Below the pieces are notes generated by a model. The model searched no databases. It saw only the letters and a list, made by a program, of their open reading frames with translations, and was not told the DNA's origin. A DNA stretch of 64,000 bases from Octopus sinensis. Taxonomy: Eukaryota. Shown piece after piece: positions 1 to 64,000 of the stretch. Where the stretch lies: positions 78,616,001 to 78,680,000 of the forward strand of contig NC_043002.1 in assembly GCF_006345805.1 (NCBI RefSeq), read 5' to 3'. Both the position numbers and the translations under genes were made by a program. Positions within the stretch are counted from its first letter, which is position 1, and each line of letters starts with the position of its first letter.

Positions 1-50
<50 letters not shown>

Positions 51-1222
51 CACATCTATGTGTGTATGCCTTTGTGTCTGTGCTTGTCCCTCACCTGGCA
101 ACCGGTATTGGTGTGTTTACATCCCTGTGACTTAGTGGTTCAGCAATAGAGACTGATAGAATAAGTACCAGGCTTTGAGAAATAAGTAATAGGTTCAATA
201 TATTCAACTCAAAATTCTTCAAGACAGGGAGTGGTGAGAGGAGATAAGAAAGCTAGTTCAGGAAGAAGGAGGGCGTTAATATCAAGGGTATTAAGGGTGG
301 TAGTGGAAGAGGTGGAGAGTTGGGAGGTGAATGATAGGGGTGGGATAGATAGTAATTGAAGGGTAGTCAGTTGTGTTGGATTTGTGTAAAGGCGTAAAAT
401 TTTAGGGATAATAGCTATAGAATTATTGGAAGTTGAGATAGTAAGAAAAAGAATGGCAATTATTTGAGGGAGAGAAAGTGTCTAATTCAGTGGCAGAGGG
501 AGATTACTAAGATATCATCATCATCGTTTAACGTCTGCTTTCCCTGCTAGCATGGCAAACCAGATGGCTGCACCAGGCTCCAATCTGATCTGGCAGAGTT
601 TCTACAGCTGGATGCCCTTCCTAATACCAACCACTCCGAGAGTGTAGTGGATGCTTTTACGTGCCACCGGCACTGGCAATGGCCATGCTCAAATGGTGCT
701 TTTTATGTGCCACCTGCACAGGAGCCAGTCCAGTGGCACTGGCAATGACCTCGCTTGAATTTTTTTTCACATGCCACCAGCACAAGTGCCAGTAAGTTGA
801 CACAGGTAACAATCATGCTTGAATGGTGTTTTTTACGTGCCACTGGTATGGAGGCCAGCTTGTTGCTCTGGCAATGATCATGCTTGTATGATACTCTTAG
901 CGCTCCACTAGCATGGATGCCAGTCATTGGATTTGATTTCGATTTCACTTGCCTCAACAGGTCTTTGCAAGCTGAGTTTAGTGTCCAATGAAGGAAAAGT
1001 ATGCATATGTAGAAAAGTATGAGAGAAGATAGAGGGAGGTGGACAGGGTGGGGGTGGGGGTGAGTTAGTGGTAGAGATAGCAGTGGTTAGTGCATTAATA
1101 ATAATCACTGCTGTTTTACCAACCACTGTAATTGTGAGATAAGAGAGAGAGAGAGATAGAGAGAGAGTGAGTGGTGTGAAAATATACCTTGTTAATATTT
1201 AAGTTTTTATTCATTCTCACAG

Positions 1223-61747
<60,525 letters not shown>

Positions 61748-61987
61748 GTAAGTTTTCTATTTTTGTTCTTGTTTCCCTGTCTTCTTTGCAACTATTTCAC
61801 TCTGGGTTTGATTCCACTGTATCGCACATTGAGCAACGGTCTTCTAAAGCTGTGTTGACCCAAACACTGTGAGCAAAATTGTGCAGAGGGAAACTGCGCA
61901 GAAGTTCTGTGGCTGATCTGTACTTGTTCCTGGAAACCTTTCATGTATGTATTTATGTATAACTATAAATATATATATATTTATATA

Positions 61988-62885
61988 TCATCATCATTGT
62001 CATTGTCATTTAATGTCCGCTGGCATGGGTTGGACGGTTTGACTGAGGGCTGGCAAGCTAGAAGGCTGCACCAGGCTCCAATCTGATCTGGCCAGTTTCT
62101 ACAACTGAGTGCCCTTCTTAATGTGTTAATAGGTTTTTTTTTTGTTACCTTAGAGAAGGGAAAAAAAAAGGAAAGGGGTTAAATTTGTGCATTTTGGGAG
62201 TTTTTCTTAAAGTGTGAACAGGTTCTTTTTTGTTACCTTAGAGAAGGAAAAAAAAAAAGAAAGGGGGTTAAATTTGTGCATAAACACTCTGAGAGTGTAG
62301 TGGGTGCTTTTTACGTGCCACCAGCACATGGGCCAGTCAGGCAGTACTGGCATCAACCATGCTTGAATGGTGCTTTTTATGTACCAATGGCACAGGAGCC
62401 AGTCAGGCGGCTCTGGCAATGATCACGCTCAAATGGTACTTTTATATGCCACCAATACGGGACCAGTCACACAGCACTGGCATCGACCACGCTCGAATGG
62501 TGCTTTTATGTTCCACCGGTACAGGTGCCAATCAGGCGGTACTGTTATCGGTCATGACAATAACTTTACTTGCTTCAGCAGGTCATTGCAAGCACAGTTT
62601 ATTGCCCAATGATTGAAGGGTACTCTTAAATGGGCTGGTTATGCTGCACTGGCACAGGTCATGTTTACAGTCTCACTTAGCTTGCCGGATCTTCTCAAGC
62701 ACAGCATATTTCTAAAGGTCTTGGTCACTTGTTATCACCTTGGTGAGACCCAATGTCCAAAGGTCGTACTTCACCACCTTATCCCGGGTCTTCCTGGGGC
62801 TACCTCTTCCACAGGTTCCCTCTATTGCTAAGGTGTGACACTTTTTCACACAGCTGTCCTCATCTATATGCAACACATGACCATA
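61988..62885 (-). mobile_element. RTE LINE 3' fragment (same family)
   Basis: Minus ORF GHVLHIDEDSCVKKCHTLAIEGTCGRGSPRKTRDKVVKYDLWTLGLT; (CAT)n tail on plus at ~61988. Confidence 0.85.
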
Positions 62886-62899
62886 AATGTATACATATA

Positions 62900-62965
<66 letters not shown>

Positions 62966-63058
62966 GAGAAGCTTTATGAAAATAAACAAAAGACGAAGGC
63001 AGGTGGAGTACAAACAAACAATTGTATTAGTATGGTGCTCAGGAATATAAATAAAACA

Positions 63059-63102
63059 AGTCTTTTACGTTTCGAGCCTACACTCTTCAACAGAAAGATA
63101 CA
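63059..63102 (-). ncRNA. Hammerhead-like motif, variant core (same family as 51813)
   Basis: Minus strand TCTTT-CTGTTGA-A-GAGT(GTAG)GCTC-GAAA-CGTA-AAAGA; stem I TCTTT/AAAGA. Confidence 0.45.
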
Positions 63103-63328
63103 CAGAAAAGAAACATGGAGAGAAACAAGGAGAGAAAAAAATGCGTGCAGAAGCTAGCGATTCAACATGGCGATCTGATTCTGGCCAGAAGTCAGAGATC
63201 AAACGTGAGACGCAAGAGTGAAAATAGGGGAGATAACAGGGTCAAATGACTTCGCCCCAACATAAGGGTACGTGTGTGTATGAGAGAGTATGTGGTGCGT
63301 ATGAAAGGTCTGGACATATAAACATGTG

Positions 63329-63361
<33 letters not shown>

Positions 63362-63440
63362 GGATTCAGATAGAATCAGGTACTTGATGCATGAGAAACA
63401 GCTGACAATTATCCATTGTCTGTTATTATTCATTTGAGTG

Positions 63441-63506
<66 letters not shown>

Positions 63507-64000
63507 ATATATATAATACACACACATACAAACATGCACATACACACACACACACACACACAATGTATGTGTGTGTGTGTGTGCAGTATGGCCAAATGGT
63601 TATGAAGTTTACTTTGCACTTGATGTCCCAAGTTTGATCCTACTACATGCCATCTTGAACAGATGCCTTACAGGTTGACCCAAGCCTCGTAAGGGAAATT
63701 AATTTGATGGAAACTGCCTGGAAGCCTTTCAGATCCATAATTCAAAGGTCTGGCCTTGTCATATAGTGTTACACTGATTCAATTCAGGAATTATTGTTAC
63801 ATTTACATGCATCTCTGGCAGACTTAGCCACTTATACATTAATCTAGCGTGTCATATGTTTCAGTTGATTCAACACCTGAATGCATGTTGAGTTTCCATC
63901 ATCATTTTGGGATTGAAACAAACCTTATGAATTAAATATAGATGACCATAGACATTTCTCCTTCTTCTAGTTTAGATCTGAAGTTCTTTTACCAGTAACC

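Noticed and set aside
222-500. Purine-rich strand-biased tracts (also 15330-15610, 61150-61490) as G-quadruplex or regulatory elements
   Set aside because: They look like decayed (GA)/(GGA) microsatellite or repeat tails, with no specific evidence of function.
61748-64000. Thioester GCGEQ exon
   Set aside because: Not found. It is expected one or more exons after exon 18, beyond the window, so thioester status cannot be judged.

Overview
Eukaryotic, AT-rich, repeat-dense genomic DNA. The repeat families and microsatellite load suggest an octopus/cephalopod genome (inference). The window is the middle of one + strand gene of the alpha-2-macroglobulin/thioester-protein (A2M/TEP) family. I traced 18 GT-AG exons from 1223 to 61747 (end of MG2 to the start of MG7/CUB, including the bait region and RSFFPETWLW motif). 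All junctions are phase-compatible except one apparent 1-nt deletion at the end of exon 12. The gene starts upstream of the window and the thioester motif would lie downstream of it. The introns hold RTE and CR1 LINE fragments, tRNA-derived SINEs, Tc1/mariner remnants, piggyBac-type MITEs and microsatellites. Three items stand out. (1) A ~2.8 kb near-perfect palindrome made of a Penelope-like GIY-YIG endonuclease fragment, with a minimal hammerhead ribozyme in each arm, plus four more hammerhead-like motifs elsewhere. (2) An orphan R2 retrotransposon 3' end still joined to 28S rDNA at the canonical R2 target site, stranded in intron 11. (3) A Pro-rich, very basic exon ending in an RQRR furin-type site. 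No prokaryotic features or CRISPR arrays were found. Exon boundaries and the TSD/TIR/ribozyme positions given explicitly were counted by hand; other repeat boundaries are approximate.
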